NCBI GenBank assembly: GCA_050015395.1
Contig: JBEKBM010000007.1
Span: 33,796-97,795 of the forward strand
Source: Candidatus Bathyarchaeia archaeon
GTDB lineage: Archaea; Thermoproteota; Bathyarchaeia; Bathyarchaeales; Bathycorpusculaceae
Length of the DNA stretch: 64,000 bases
Direction: 5' to 3'
Positions 1 to 9,195 of this stretch are shown here, piece by piece (positions within the stretch are counted from its first letter, which is position 1; the number at the start of each line of letters is the position of its first letter). A program made the position numbers and the translations under genes. A model generated the notes under the pieces. The model was not told the DNA's origin. It searched no databases and saw nothing but the letters and a program-made list of their open reading frames with translations.

Positions 1-1926
1 GTAGTAATTAATCCGAGTTCTAAGTTCATGAGAGAAACCAAGCTCTTTAAAAAGAGAGTTACGTTTTTTCTTTCTCAGAATTCCTTTCTCAACAACTGTT
101 TTCTGCCCGGACAACAGAGATAGTATCCTTTCCAGAAACTCATCAATTTGGTCTATCGTTTGCTTATTGCATTCCTTCATGTCAAGAATTTGATCCATAT
201 ATGAATCGATGAGTTCTCGAGAATTAAGTTTTAAAATAATCTGGTCTGGTTCCTTTACTGTTGACGGAAGTTTCCTGTAAAAAACTTCTGCATTTTCAGA
301 AACTATTATCAATTTTCGATTTGATTCGTTTTGTTCTAAGTAGGATGCAAAAGCCTTTTTGAATTCTTCGTTAATATAATTTTGGGGTGACTTTGGGCGT
401 CTAACACTTGCATACGCAATAACGGGAGAACGGTCAGAAAAGCGATCTAGAACTTGATCCTTGGTAAACCACATTTTTCCGGAGATCTCGAAGATGGAGT
501 CGATTGCATTCCTGAAGTCTGGCTTAGGTATTTGATCAATGTTCAATATCGGGTTGTCCATTCTTTTTACAGCTGCGGCAAGTACCTTGCCCATTACCTC
601 AGGATGATCTTTCAACTCATCGAAGAGCGCTACCAAATCTTTCGACAATTCTCTGTATGTTCCTCTATCCTCTAAACAACCAATGAATGTTAAGGTCAGC
701 ACCTTGTCGTTCCATTCATCATCAGACCATTCGATACCTAGCGTTCTTGTTCTCAGAGATAAGTCCTTGTCCAGTTTCTTTGGTATTTCACGAAAGTTAT
801 TATAGAATATGTACAAGACTTCATCTACTCTTTTTTCAATGGCCCTTTTCAGTTTCACGTAAGTTTCCATGTTTTTTTGAAGATACTTCAAAGAGCGATC
901 CATATGTTCTTCCTTTACAAGGACCTCCTCAACAAATCCAGGGCCGATTTTTGGGACCTTTCTCAAAGCTCCATCATTCATAATTTCTGTAGCTAGAATA
1001 ATTATCCTCCTTGGGATACCTTTTGTTAACTCTTGTAGCTTTTTGTAAGCATCGTCTGTGAAAGGAATATCAGATGGTTGAATTGAAAAATTCTGTTGCA
1101 GATTTACTTCAACTAAGCGTCGGACGTCATCGATACTTGCAAATAGTGGAACGTTGAATACTTTGCCCAAGAAAAAATTAAATTCATCACCAATTCTAAT
1201 CCTCTCGACCCAGCTTTCATGACCCGCGAAAAAAGCAACGAAACCAAATTTGTCATAAAGCTCTTCAAAAAGTCCTTGATTTCCGCTTAGAAAGGAAAGA
1301 ACATGTTCTTCCACAGTGATTTTGTCCATCTCGTCCAGAAGCAAAACATATTTTGAAAATACACCCTTATTCCTTAGCGGTAGCAGCCCCGTTTCAAGAA
1401 TTTGGTCAAATTTCTCCGTAAGTTTTTCAACACTCATATCTGCAAGTGTTTGGCTGAATTTTTCTATCCCATTTTTGTGTTCTTCCAACCAGCGAAGCTC
1501 TCTTTTAATGTCTTCAGCATATTCCAGATCGAAAATCACGGCGGCTTTTCTTAAGTCAGAATCAATGCTCAGAAATTCCTTCAGGAGACCCTTTACGAAT
1601 TGATGCTGAACGCTGGGCATTTTTGTTTTTTCGTCCTCGCCTCTTGTCACTTTCAAGCGGATTGGAAGTGCTCTGAGATTAGGTAGATTTTTGTAAAGAT
1701 ATCTGGCAGCGTAACTAAGCATGGTAGATTTGCCTGTACCGCCGTAGGGGCTTGAAATCCAAAACTTGCCATGCTGTTCGCGTATATTTTCCAGATAAGA
1801 ATCTAATTCATCATAAACAGGTTGAAGTCTTACAAATGACTCATCAAATGTCAGGCTAAGAGGATTCAACGGTTCTCCTGGAAGAGAGATTGGAAATTTG
1901 TGCTGGTTGTACCAATCGGTACTCAA
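1..1926 (-). CDS. P-loop NTPase (AAA+/STAND-like), partial, runs off the window edge
   Basis: Manual translation from TTG at 1926 is open for 642 codons to position 1: MSTDWYNQHKF..., Walker A PYGGTGKST, Walker B YVLLLDEMD, later KGIPRRII. Absent from the ORF track because there is no stop in the window. Confidence 0.8.
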   Translation of the reverse strand, partial: MSTDWYNQHKFPISLPGEPLNPLSLTFDESFVRLQPVYDELDSYLENIREQHGKFWISSPYGGTGKSTMLSYAARYLYKNLPNLRALPIRLKVTRGEDEKTKMPSVQHQFVKGLLKEFLSIDSDLRKAAVIFDLEYAEDIKRELRWLEEHKNGIEKFSQTLADMSVEKLTEKFDQILETGLLPLRNKGVFSKYVLLLDEMDKITVEEHVLSFLSGNQGLFEELYDKFGFVAFFAGHESWVERIRIGDEFNFFLGKVFNVPLFASIDDVRRLVEVNLQQNFSIQPSDIPFTDDAYKKLQELTKGIPRRIIILATEIMNDGALRKVPKIGPGFVEEVLVKEEHMDRSLKYLQKNMETYVKLKRAIEKRVDEVLYIFYNNFREIPKKLDKDLSLRTRTLGIEWSDDEWNDKVLTLTFIGCLEDRGTYRELSKDLVALFDELKDHPEVMGKVLAAAVKRMDNPILNIDQIPKPDFRNAIDSIFEISGKMWFTKDQVLDRFSDRSPVIAYASVRRPKSPQNYINEEFKKAFASYLEQNESNRKLIIVSENAEVFYRKLPSTVKEPDQIILKLNSRELIDSYMDQILDMKECNKQTIDQIDEFLERILSLLSGQKTVVEKGILRKKKRNSLFKELGFSHELRTRINYY

Positions 1927-2070
1927 ATGTTGTCCCCAAGAGTTATATTTTGAATAGTACCCTTTAACTTTTACTTATCCTATCGACCAAATCTCTGAGA
2001 TGAACAAGGCTACAAGAAATACTCAATAGCTCAGCCTCAAACTCTTTACATACAGAAAAAGTACTATTTC

Positions 2071-2164
2071 ATGTAGAAAGTGCGGGCATTATTTCTATGT
2101 TGAAGTATGTTGAATCATATTTGAAGCATATTAGAAGCATATAGTAGACCGAGGGGGTAGGCTG
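2071..2164 (+). repeat. Dispersed ~95-bp repeat, copy 1, with tandem TATGTTGAA/CATATTTGAAG units
   Basis: Core CTATGTTGAA(G/C)TATGTTGAATCATATTTGAAGCATATTAGAAGCAT(A/C)TAGTAGAC is shared with 38581-38676. Confidence 0.85.
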
Positions 2165-2293
2165 TGAGAGAGCAAAACGCTGCTTGACCTACAGGATAGC
2201 CTACTATTTGTGCAAAAAACCAACCACAAAAAGCAAACAAAAGCCACGAGCGAAATACATACGGAAAAAACAAATTCGGGTTCTCTTGACAGG

Positions 2294-3637
2294 CTACAGC
2301 TGGTATTCCTCGCCTTTTTCCACAAGCGTCACTTGACCTTTCGAGTCGCCCATAAATCTCTTGAACAGCTCAGCGTTTTCCGTGTGGATTGGGAAAACCT
2401 GTTTAGCATTTATCTTTTTGAGCGCTGCCTTCAGCTGCAACGGCATCATGTGGCCTGAGACATGCACATGGTACTGCGGCAAGCCATAGTGGCTCAGCCA
2501 ATTAACCAAGCGTTCATAATCAATCTCCATCTCCTCATTGAACGGTTCCGATGCAGACAAGACATAGCAACTTCCGGCTACAGGCTGAATAGCATTAAGC
2601 TCCTCAAAATCATAAAAGCTAACCGCTAAAACAACCTTACACTGCTGCTTCGAAACCTCGAACACGTCAAAAATCTTGCCATCCCCCTCAAAGCGTTCAA
2701 TCAACTGTTTTTCCCACTTGTCATAGCGCTTCTTCGACTTTCGAAAAATCAATATCCCCTCATCATCCAGCGCTGGAACCTGCAAGTGCACGTCGTTGTG
2801 AAGTGCATCCAGCAAATACGCTTGTTTTAGTGAAACAGCCAAGCACCGATTGTTCTTCTTAGCCATTCGGTAAAACGTGTTGAGGCGGTCAACATCCGAG
2901 TAACCAAATTCTGCAAGCAAGATGCCGTCAACTTGTGATGCAATCTTGTCCAGTTTCGCTTCAACTTCCACTTCGTTGGAAACTGTTGCCCCCGTCATGT
3001 TAGTGGCTTCAGTCACAATTGCCACAGGCTCAGCCTCCTTGGCTTTCTCCACAAATTCCTGAGTCATCTCTGGCTTGGCACCATGATCTCGAAAATCACC
3101 CGTGTAAACTATTGTGCCGTTTGAAGTGTGAATCAGAAAGCCGTAGGCGCCTGGAACTGAATGGTCAACATGGAACGGCTTAACTACTAAATTGTCTATC
3201 TGAATTTTTTTGCCTGTTCTGAAAACGTTAAAGTTGATGTCTGCAACGTTGAATTCCAAATCAGCGCGCCGAATGTCGCTTAGGGTTCGCAGAATGGTTT
3301 GGGTTGTTTCGCCGCAGTACACGGGAATTTCCCGTTTAATAAATGACAAATAAGCCGAATGATCCAAATGCCCGTGAGAAAGGAATACAGCGTTTGTTTC
3401 AGGCGGGCTTTGGTCAAACTTGTATATTCCCTGAATCTGCGGTAGGATTCCGAGTTCTTGAAGGCTTTTCTCGCTTTTAGGCGAAAGGAAAGGAGGCGAG
3501 TAAAACTGTTTTTTAGCGGTAAAAGACATGCCAAAATCAAAGAAAACTCTGGTGCCTCTGTCTTGAAGTAGAATTTTGTTTCCGCCTATCTCGTTAACTC
3601 CTCCATAGAAGGTTAAGGTTGTCTGGTCCTTTACCAT
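2294..3637 (-). CDS. Metallo-beta-lactamase/beta-CASP ribonuclease, RNase J-like
   Basis: GGVNEIGGN start, SHGHLDH, DHS, YTGDFR, HVSGH and PIH motifs. Confidence 0.85.
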   Translation of the reverse strand: MVKDQTTLTFYGGVNEIGGNKILLQDRGTRVFFDFGMSFTAKKQFYSPPFLSPKSEKSLQELGILPQIQGIYKFDQSPPETNAVFLSHGHLDHSAYLSFIKREIPVYCGETTQTILRTLSDIRRADLEFNVADINFNVFRTGKKIQIDNLVVKPFHVDHSVPGAYGFLIHTSNGTIVYTGDFRDHGAKPEMTQEFVEKAKEAEPVAIVTEATNMTGATVSNEVEVEAKLDKIASQVDGILLAEFGYSDVDRLNTFYRMAKKNNRCLAVSLKQAYLLDALHNDVHLQVPALDDEGILIFRKSKKRYDKWEKQLIERFEGDGKIFDVFEVSKQQCKVVLAVSFYDFEELNAIQPVAGSCYVLSASEPFNEEMEIDYERLVNWLSHYGLPQYHVHVSGHMMPLQLKAALKKINAKQVFPIHTENAELFKRFMGDSKGQVTLVEKGEEYQL

Positions 3638-3643
3638 GCACTT

Positions 3644-5350
3644 TCACTTCGGCGTTTCTGTTTTTTTGCAGACGTTTGAAATAACAGAAATAATGGTGAA
3701 CATTGTGAATATGCTAAAAATCCGTGTGTACTTGGAAGCCCCAGCCTTTTTAACGACCTCGACGTCTCCGCCACCCTTCAAGTAGCCGTTTATGAACGCT
3801 TTAGCAATCGCTTCAGCTTTAGCATTCCCATAAAGCGGTTGAAGGTAATGACCTGAATAATACAAAAACACAGCAACATCCCAAGCTTTATCGCCGTCGG
3901 CGTCTTGAGCAGCCTGTTCAAAATCAATCATGTAGATAGTGCCATCGGATGTAACCAGCATGTTTTCCGGCTTGGTATCTCCTAAAACGATATTGTGCGA
4001 ATGAACATGCGCAAGTATTTCGCCTGCTTTGCTCAGATTAGCGAGTTCCTCTTCAAACGTTTCTTGCTCTGTCGCCGTGGCTATGCGTTTGATAGCTTGG
4101 CTGAGGCTCTCTCCCTCAATGTACTCCATGAAAATTAAACGCTCAGCATTACTTACATGTAAAATCTTTGGTACATTAAACCCTTCACTGCGCAAAAACT
4201 CGCTTATTGCGCATTCCTTTGCGAGTCTAGCTTGGCCTGAAACAGCAAAGGACCTTGCGCCGAAAGACCATAAAGTTAATGGAAACCATTTGAAGCCTGA
4301 CCAATCTTTAAAGCGTTTAGCTATCACCCTTGTTTCACTGTCATTTCCGTGAGCAACAATTAGGTACACGTCGTTTAACATTCCGCCGATCGGTTCAACC
4401 TTGACATCTTCGCTTTGACCCTTCAAAAGCATTTTTTGAGCATAGCCTTTGATGTCAATTTTATCTGACATTGAAATCAAGCCTTCTGAAGTTTGAAAGA
4501 AAACGTATTTTAGAGGATCCATGAGTAGGTAGGTTGGGTCAGGAACTGTTCTCCAGTTAATCTTTTGTGTTCTAAGAAACGCTTCAGTGTTCTGTGAAAA
4601 AATGTTCATGAGTTGAGGGAAAAAACCAAACAACGAAGTGAAAAGTGTTCGAGGAGCATTTTTTGACAAGTTAATTATTTTGATTCTTGGGTCTTGGCAT
4701 CGGGTGATAAGTTTTTTTGAAATCTTTATGTAACTGTCAAAAAAGTAAATTTTGCCTTCAGCTTCAAGTTGCCTTAACGCTTCATTGTAGCTGCCAAGGG
4801 CGTCGTCTTCATTTAAAGCGAGTCCATTCAGCACATTTGAAAGATCATAAGCAAGTAAAGGGAAAACTCGGATTCGACTCAAAAGCACCTCATACATGAA
4901 ATATTGCGGTTTAATCTGAATTCGAGGGGAAAGCTCTGGAAAACTCGACGCTAAATTTTCAAGTAATTCCAGAATCAAACGCTTCTTCAACGTTACCTCT
5001 TTTTCGTGCAGGTAATCGTCGCCGTAAAGGGCTGAGTGAGGAAAAATAAGTTTACTTGCAATGGCTTCTCCCAGAAAGCCTCTTTCGATATCTCGCTCGA
5101 AAATCCACTGGTCAACCGCAAAAACGAAAATAGGTCTTTCATTTACTGTTTTTATGTAACTCATTACTCTGGGTTGAAAATCACGGATAACAAGCATTAC
5201 GTCTATTACTGTTTTCTCACTAGCTGTTTTCACTGTATACTTATCAACCTGTGCTATAGCGGTGATACTTGCGGAGCCAGCGACATGTCTACAAAACTCA
5301 AATATTTGATTATTCAATTCATGGTTTGTAAGGTTGCTAATTTGTTTCAA
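3644..5350 (-). CDS. Protein-kinase-like (Bud32/RIO/Kdo-type) domain fused to an N-terminal nucleotidyltransferase-like region
   Basis: IAKRF, MEYIEG, LGDTKPEN and IDFEQA in the C-terminal half; IDVMLVI strand near the N-terminus. Confidence 0.7.
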   Translation of the reverse strand: MKQISNLTNHELNNQIFEFCRHVAGSASITAIAQVDKYTVKTASEKTVIDVMLVIRDFQPRVMSYIKTVNERPIFVFAVDQWIFERDIERGFLGEAIASKLIFPHSALYGDDYLHEKEVTLKKRLILELLENLASSFPELSPRIQIKPQYFMYEVLLSRIRVFPLLAYDLSNVLNGLALNEDDALGSYNEALRQLEAEGKIYFFDSYIKISKKLITRCQDPRIKIINLSKNAPRTLFTSLFGFFPQLMNIFSQNTEAFLRTQKINWRTVPDPTYLLMDPLKYVFFQTSEGLISMSDKIDIKGYAQKMLLKGQSEDVKVEPIGGMLNDVYLIVAHGNDSETRVIAKRFKDWSGFKWFPLTLWSFGARSFAVSGQARLAKECAISEFLRSEGFNVPKILHVSNAERLIFMEYIEGESLSQAIKRIATATEQETFEEELANLSKAGEILAHVHSHNIVLGDTKPENMLVTSDGTIYMIDFEQAAQDADGDKAWDVAVFLYYSGHYLQPLYGNAKAEAIAKAFINGYLKGGGDVEVVKKAGASKYTRIFSIFTMFTIISVISNVCKKTETPK

Positions 5351-5481
5351 TTGAGTCTTCCAATATAGAATTAGCTGTTGATATATTTAAAACACGGTTG
5401 TTAATAAGTCGGCAAGTAATTTTTTGATTGAATACAAAAACTAGATAAAGGCTACCTTTTAGCGGAACGCTTCATTTTTTC

Positions 5482-5934
5482 TTAGTGGATTTGTAATGCT
5501 AAGCGGCTTGTTTGTGCGCTTATGCCTTTCTTAGCTATTATGGCTACTGCTGACTGGGTAGATGGTTCCATAGTTTCTGTGTTTGTTTGTGTCCCTATTT
5601 TTCGGCATATCATGTTTAGGGACTCTTCGGTGAAGTCCAGCATGTTTTGTCCATTGCTTGTTAGGCTGTAAATTTTTCTTGGCCTTTCAGCGTTCATGTT
5701 CCATTCACTTTTTACGAAGCCTTTCTTTTCAAGAGTGTTTAGCAAAGGGTAGACGGTGCTTGGGCCGAAGTACACGCCGAAGTTTTTGCGGATTTTGATT
5801 ATTATTTGGTATCCGTGCATGGGTTGTGTGCTTACGAATTGCAGTATTATTAGGTCCAGTAAGCCTTTAGTTAGTTTGGTTGAAACCTCTTTTTGGGAGT
5901 TTATCGCTCTTAACATTTTTCTCTTTCTCCTCAC
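5482..5934 (-). CDS. PadR-family transcriptional regulator
   Basis: PMHGYQII...GPSTVYPLLNTLEKKGFV...RPRKIYSLT. Confidence 0.9.
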   Translation of the reverse strand: MRRKRKMLRAINSQKEVSTKLTKGLLDLIILQFVSTQPMHGYQIIIKIRKNFGVYFGPSTVYPLLNTLEKKGFVKSEWNMNAERPRKIYSLTSNGQNMLDFTEESLNMICRKIGTQTNTETMEPSTQSAVAIIAKKGISAQTSRLALQIH

Positions 5935-6158
5935 CTGTTTTTTTGTTGAACAGTTTTGCTGTTCTACGTATATACAATATGTCCTTTTTCGGACATATCT
6001 TGAGTATTTAATATTAATAAACCCTAATATAAAGCTTCATACATAACCAAAGCATACAAAAACATAACAGCGCAATATAACCATAAAACAAAATTAACAT
6101 AAGCTAAATAAATCGAAACATCAACAAACTCATACAACAGCCAACAGGAAAGAAACCC

Positions 6159-6491
6159 ATGTCTGAAACATACAAAAAAGAAATTGTACAACACATAATC
6201 AGAAACTTACTAGACATGCAACTATTAAGAATAGTGCAAGCTCAACCAACATGGGGATATAAAATCAAAAAACAAGTAGAAGCAGATTTCAACATAAAAC
6301 TAAGACATGGCGCACTCTACCCCGCACTGAACACTCTTGAACAAAGAGGTTTTCTTGAAAGCAAAAAACAACAAAAAGATGGGCGTTCCCGCAAAGTCTA
6401 TGCTATAACAGAAAACGGCAAAGCCTACCTGCAAACCTACTACGGCATACTGCAAGGTCAACTGGGCAGTGGAAATATAAAAACCAGTTAA
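6159..6491 (+). CDS. PadR-family transcriptional regulator, divergent from its paralog
   Basis: WGYKIKK...GALYPALNTLEQRGFL...RKVYAITENG. Confidence 0.9.
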   Translation: MSETYKKEIVQHIIRNLLDMQLLRIVQAQPTWGYKIKKQVEADFNIKLRHGALYPALNTLEQRGFLESKKQQKDGRSRKVYAITENGKAYLQTYYGILQGQLGSGNIKTS

Positions 6492-6622
6492 CCTCAAATT
6501 GCGTTTATTGCTTAAAAAATTTTTGATTTTTTGATTTATACTTTAACATGCCAACTAGATTAGCCAATGAATAAGCATCAAAAAGCTTTTATTCTAAAAA
6601 AGACGACAGAAAACGGGGAAAA

Positions 6623-7294
6623 ATGATGACTTTAGAATCGAGCAAAAATTTGGGCGGCATAGGCGCAATACTAATACTGGTAGGCTCATTGGTTTCCACC
6701 TATACTTTTGGCGTTCTTGACCTTATTGGCGTAATACTTGTTTTCGTTGCACTGAACGGTTTAGCGAATTATTACCATGAAAGAGGCATATTCACTAATG
6801 CAATTTACAGTCTCGTTGCAGGCATAGTGGGCGTAGTAGCGGCAGCTGCGGCGGCTCTCTACATAATTTTTGACACAACCATACTGACAGGTTTTCTTAA
6901 GGATCTTTATCCGTCGTGGAACGGCAGTTGGTCAACAATTTCGTCACTTAGCGGCATGACACCCAGCACTTCAAGCATAACTACAAGTGATATCACATCC
7001 ATACTGGGCGCAGTATTTTTAGTGCTGGTGGTTCTGTGGGTTTTCGCTATAGTTGCAGCTTTCTTCGCCAGGCGATCACTCAAAACTCTTTCATCAAAAA
7101 CAAGCGTAGGTTTATTCTCAACTGCAGCGCTACTGCTAATCATAGGCGCATTTCTAACAATAATTTTCATAGGTGCCCTTCTGATGTGGATCGCTGCACT
7201 TTTGATTGCCATTGCCTTCTTCCAGATAAAACCGCAACCAGAACAACCCGTAGCAACAGCAACTCCTCCGCCGACAACGCCGACACCAGTTTAA
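6623..7294 (+). CDS. DUF996-like archaeal membrane protein
   Basis: LGGIGAIL start, multiple TM helices, Pro/Thr-rich tail. Confidence 0.75.
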   Translation: MMTLESSKNLGGIGAILILVGSLVSTYTFGVLDLIGVILVFVALNGLANYYHERGIFTNAIYSLVAGIVGVVAAAAAALYIIFDTTILTGFLKDLYPSWNGSWSTISSLSGMTPSTSSITTSDITSILGAVFLVLVVLWVFAIVAAFFARRSLKTLSSKTSVGLFSTAALLLIIGAFLTIIFIGALLMWIAALLIAIAFFQIKPQPEQPVATATPPPTTPTPV

Positions 7295-7476
7295 AAAGCG
7301 CTAAAAATCACCCTTTTTTTTCAATTTTATGCATGTCTTAAACTGGGAATTTTGGTTGTTGCCTGAAGGTGGGGTCTTTTGCGTAGGCGTTTTTGTGTGT
7401 GTGCGCAAGGGTACCCGATAGGAGGGCAAAGCATATACGGAAAGTCAATACAGTTCGTCGATACAGGAGAGCATCA

Positions 7477-7811
7477 TTGCCCAAAGTTTTTAAAGCGTTC
7501 AGGTTTGACCCTCAACTATACGTGAATTTCAAGAAGCTAGCAAGCAAAAAACGGCTACACCGCAACCGCTGCACTTGAAAAGTTCATGGCGGGCGCAGTC
7601 CAGTTTAGGCTTGTTTTTCCGTCGGCCAAAAATGAGGCGGCGCAAGCTGAAGCGCGTGTTATGCTGGCTTGGCTCAAAGAGGGCAAATACTGGGTAAACC
7701 TCGGAGAAAAAGCTGAAACAAGCACAAAAGGACGCCTACTTCAGCTTCTGCCAGATTGAAGACGCCGATTTGCGGAGAGACATTGAAGAGACACTGAAGA
7801 AGATGACTTAG
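7477..7811 (+). pseudogene. Frameshifted ribbon-helix-helix-like small protein
   Basis: TTG start after GGAG; MPKVFKAFRFDPQLYVNFKKLASK, shift in the A6 run near 7546, GYTATAALEKFM...LLQLLP, second shift, IEDADLRRDIEETLKKMT*. Confidence 0.5.
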
Positions 7812-7813
7812 CC
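7665..7813 (+). repeat. 149-bp direct repeat, left copy flanking hicBA
   Basis: Matches 8591-8739 with one mismatch seen. Confidence 0.92.
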
Positions 7814-7880
7814 TTTCGAGTTTTTCCCGTTGATTGTAAAGGGAAAGCTTAAAGAATTTCCGAGTGCCATATGCAGATAT

Positions 7881-8084
7881 ATGCTCAGCTACAGAGTGAT
7901 CATAGAGAAGGACGAAGACGGCGTTCTTATCGCTAAGGTTCCTGACCTGCCTGGTTGCGCCACCGAGGGTAAAACAAGGGAGGAACTGATGAAAAACGTC
8001 AAAGAAGCCATACAAGCATACCTTGAAGCGCTAAAGGAACACGGCGACCCAGTACCAATCGAAACGGTGCAAGTCAGTGTCTAA
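7881..8084 (+). CDS. hicB: HicB-family antitoxin (short form)
   Basis: YRVIIEKDEDG...VPDLPGCATEGKTREE...EAI; ATG at 7881. Confidence 0.9.
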   Translation: MLSYRVIIEKDEDGVLIAKVPDLPGCATEGKTREELMKNVKEAIQAYLEALKEHGDPVPIETVQVSV

Positions 8085-8334
8085 ATTAAAGTCTATCGAT
8101 TATGAAAGGGTTGTCAAAGCTCTCGTGTCAATCGGCTATGTTGTTAACAATCAGAAAGGCAGTCACATAGTCATGCGGCTTGCTGATAAGCAGAAATATA
8201 TTTCGCTATTTGGCTGTAGGAAAAACGAGCCGATGGTGGTTATCCCTGCTCACAAACCGCTTGGAAAAGGAATGGTGCGCACAATTATCAGGGAAGTCGA
8301 CCTCTCGGTTGATGAATTCAATAATCTTATTTGA
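8077..8334 (+). CDS. hicA: HicA-family mRNA interferase toxin
   Basis: QKGSH motif and VIPAH...LGKGMVRTII; overlaps hicB. Confidence 0.88.
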   Translation: MSKLKSIDYERVVKALVSIGYVVNNQKGSHIVMRLADKQKYISLFGCRKNEPMVVIPAHKPLGKGMVRTIIREVDLSVDEFNNLI

Positions 8335-8590
8335 AAATACTAACGTTTTGATTTTCCCAACGGCTTTTTGTCCTTTAAGTTAATGATTTTTACAACCGCG
8401 ATGGTGCTTGATTTCGATTAGTCCATTGACAAAATCGCTTTTTGAGGCTTTCTTGCATAGGCTAAAGTTGCTATTGGACTATGGAAATTACTATTGCGAT
8501 GCTAAAGGCTAACGCGAACTCCAGCAATGAGGTTCGAGGTGAATAATTGGGTGGCAATGGGCTAGGCGCAAGCTAAGGCTCGCGTCATGT

Positions 8591-8739
8591 TGGCTTGGCT
8601 CAAAGAGGGCAAATACTGGGTAAACCTCGGAGAAAAAGCTGAAACAAGCACAAAAGGACGCCTACTTCAGCTTCTGCCAGATTGAAGACGCCGATTTGCG
8701 GAGAGACACTGAAGAGACACTGAAGAAGATGACTTAGCC
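8591..8739 (+). repeat. 149-bp direct repeat, right copy flanking hicBA
   Basis: Matches 7665-7813. Confidence 0.92.
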
Positions 8740-9195
8740 CTTGAGGTTTCGGAGGCAACATGTGTTTTGGTATCACTTTCAGGCTTAAATCAGCTCTTAT
8801 GCGTAATTCACATCTGTTTCAACACGTGATAACATATCAAAAAGAAAATCTTCAAAACCTTGTCGTTAATCGCAATTTTATGGTTGATTGTACATAGGGG
8901 CTTTTAAACATCCATACCGTCACGTTGGGAATGTTCATATTTGACTGGGATGCTGTTCTATCTACGGGGGATGATGTCGCCGTCCCAGTCTGATAGGGAA
9001 AGATGAAGAATTAAAGTTGACAGACCCCAAACAATTTAGAATCTATTTGCCTGTATAATGAGCGGATGATGCCAAATTTTGATTGGGCATTTAAGTGGCA
9101 AAATGAGGGGGGAGGTATCTTTTTAGCTAAGAAAAATAATTCTAAAAAGAGAGCAAAACTTCTGATAAGCAAGCGCTGAGAATTGAAAGGGTTGG

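Noticed and set aside
454-1603. Three short plus-strand ORFs in the track
   Set aside because: They are antisense shadows of the long minus-strand NTPase ORF.
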